From: Lepidodermella squamata
Taxonomy: Eukaryota; Animalia; Gastrotricha
Direction: 5' to 3'
Assembly (NCBI GenBank): GCA_047495785.1
Contig: JBLDXI010000011.1
Location: forward strand, 744,001-808,000
DNA: 64,000 nucleotides
Shown one piece after another: positions 62,263 through 64,000 of this stretch. Under the pieces are notes generated by a model that searched no databases, had not been told where the DNA came from, and worked only from the letters and a program-made list of their open reading frames with translations. The stretch's first letter is position 1. Each line of letters opens with the position of its first letter. The translations under genes were made by a program, and so were the position numbers.

Positions 62263-64000
62263 GAGAATTGATCCCTCTCCGCTTTACTTTTCAATTGTTC
62301 GGGCTAATCAACGCGTCCTTGCTCCGAAATTTCAAATATATGGTCAAATTTTTGAGCTACACTTCCTTAATCACCTGCTCGACGAAAATTTCCAAGACCC
62401 GCCTCAGCTAGGTGCTGGTCGGCCTGGTAGTTGGCGAAATCGAGCAACCCCAGAAAATGCCGATGATGAATTTCCGGAGCCAAACAACTCGTCTACCCTC
62501 CTGCATACATTCACAATTCCAAGCGCGAAGCGCGGTGAGATCGAATCTGAAGACGTAGAACAGCGATTTCGCCGCGTAGTTATCATGCTAATTGATATAG
62601 CCGACAAGCTTCGACTCCAAATTAATCAACACGTATCTATCAATCCTAAGAAGGAGCGCATCTTTGTCAAACTACGAATTGAACACCCTCAACTCCACAG
62701 GTTCTCTTTTCTAGCTTGTCTTCCAATTGATTACTAGCTTTCTATTTAAGAGCGATCTGCCTGCCGTTTCACCCGATCCAAAAGTTGACAGATGAGCGGA
62801 TCTACTCATTTATCGAGCGAATTCTTAATAGTCAAGAAAATCTCCTCCTAGAGGGTCACTGGTTCATCGAAGCTGTAGTATGTCGAGTCCCAACAACCAG
62901 CGCCGAAAACGACAGTAGCGACGGCTCAAACCCTACCAAGAGCATAAAAGTTTCAGGGAAACGCCGTCGAGATGTGACCAAGCGACCAACCGTTCCTGAA
63001 ATTATCGACAAACACCTCAGTAACTTTCGCTCAGTCATTCAGATTAACAATACGGAAGACCACCGCTGTCTACCTCGTGCACTGATGCTCGGTGCTGCTA
63101 GATTGCTCTATATGGCAAACAAGGCTGATCGCCAGCTTAAAAAATACTACGACCAAATCAGAGATCCCAGGCAATCATTACAAAGCCAAGCCGCAATACA
63201 GCTTCTACTAACGGCAAAGTTACCTGTAAACCAAGCTGGATACAATTTAGGCAGCGACCTGACCAGCCTTCGTCAAGCCTTGGAACTTTTACACAATCGC
63301 GATTTTAAAGTCATAGTTTACAGCAGCTCCGTTCAAAGAGTTACGACCACCGACCCAGCATCTTCACCAAATGACCCGACTCCACGGGAAAGTATCTATC
63401 TGCTAGTGACAGGCGATAATCATATTCATCTCCTAAGCAACCTCGCTTCAATCATTGGGACTCGGTTTTTCTGTCAAAGCTGCTATCAAGGGCTGAGTCG
63501 GCGAGATCAGGCACATGCTTGTGAATTCGCTTGTGATAAGTGTCTCCAACCTGATGCGAACTGCAGTCGCCTCCCCCAACAATGGCGACGATGCTCCGAA
63601 TGCCATCGAAACTACTACAACCCAACGTGCTACAATAATCACAAGGTCAATCACCGATGTCAGCCCAAGCAACGCTGTGTCAACTGCTCACGGCTATTCA
63701 TCGATCTGACCAAACACAAAAACTGCAAAGGTCGGCGATGTAGAATCTGTCACTCTATCCTAGCCACTGCTCAGAACCTCCCAGTCGGTCAATCTCTCCC
63801 AAGGCATCAATGCTATATGCAAGTTGCGCCACTCGTAGATCGCACTTCATATAAAAATATCATTGTTTTCGACTTTGAAACTCGAGTTGAAGAAGCAAGC
63901 TGTCGGCTAATTCCTAACCTCTGTGTTGCCTTCAAATGCTGTCCCGGATGTATGAATGAAGAACCAATAATCCAATCGGAAAACTGTACGACGTCCTGTG
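62263..64000 (+). CDS. Polinton/Maverick protein-primed DNA polymerase B, N-terminal part (exons 62263..62700, 62751..>64000; start exon uncertain)
   Basis: Frame is open from 62751 to the window end: FIERILNSQE (terminal-protein-like region), SVIQINNTEDHRCLPRAL...IYLLVTGDNHIH (OTU-like), FCQSC..HAC..CDKC..CSECHR..C..H..CVNC..CRIC..HQCYMQ Cys-rich region, then ExoI IVFDFET..IPNLCVA. 50-nt intron 62701-62750. Confidence 0.88.

Larger units (their letters stand above)
58700..64000. mobile_element. Polinton/Maverick-type endogenous DNA virus, partial (continues beyond the window; left boundary not defined)
   Basis: Compact cluster of TBP-like, small membrane/secreted, dNK, PC4-like and pPolB genes. 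The pPolB architecture is typical of Polintons. Integrase, ATPase and capsid genes are not visible in this window. Confidence 0.75.

Noticed and set aside
63448-63709. ORF-track entries 63448..63672(-) and 63515..63709(+)
   Set aside because: Alternate frames inside the long pPolB exon.

Overview
AT-rich, intron-containing animal (invertebrate-type) genomic DNA; many GT-AG introns are only ~50-60 nt, so the ORF track fragments most genes. Gene models below were rebuilt by hand from splice sites and frame continuity. 1-31 kb: host genes, including two paralogous Cys-rich secreted-type proteins, a Kunitz inhibitor, two paralogues of an unknown conserved ~330-aa domain, a tandem MINPP1-like pair (second copy lacks catalytic residues), a TIR-[NTPase]x2-ankyrin NLR-like protein, a PAN/apple protein and a Cys-loop anion channel. 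31-51 kb: three tandem receptor guanylyl cyclases (one intact, two with degenerate catalytic motifs), interspersed with LINE and non-autonomous DNA-transposon remains. 53-58 kb: palindrome/repeat-rich spacer. From ~58.7 kb to the window end: an apparent Polinton/Maverick-type endogenous DNA virus. Its protein-primed DNA polymerase B runs off the window and is absent from the ORF track. It lies next to a divergent TATA-binding protein, a PC4-like protein and a deoxynucleoside kinase, all with short spliceosomal introns. This putative element-borne transcription-initiation module is the most notable candidate novel system. Family assignments rest on motif recognition only; no searches were run.
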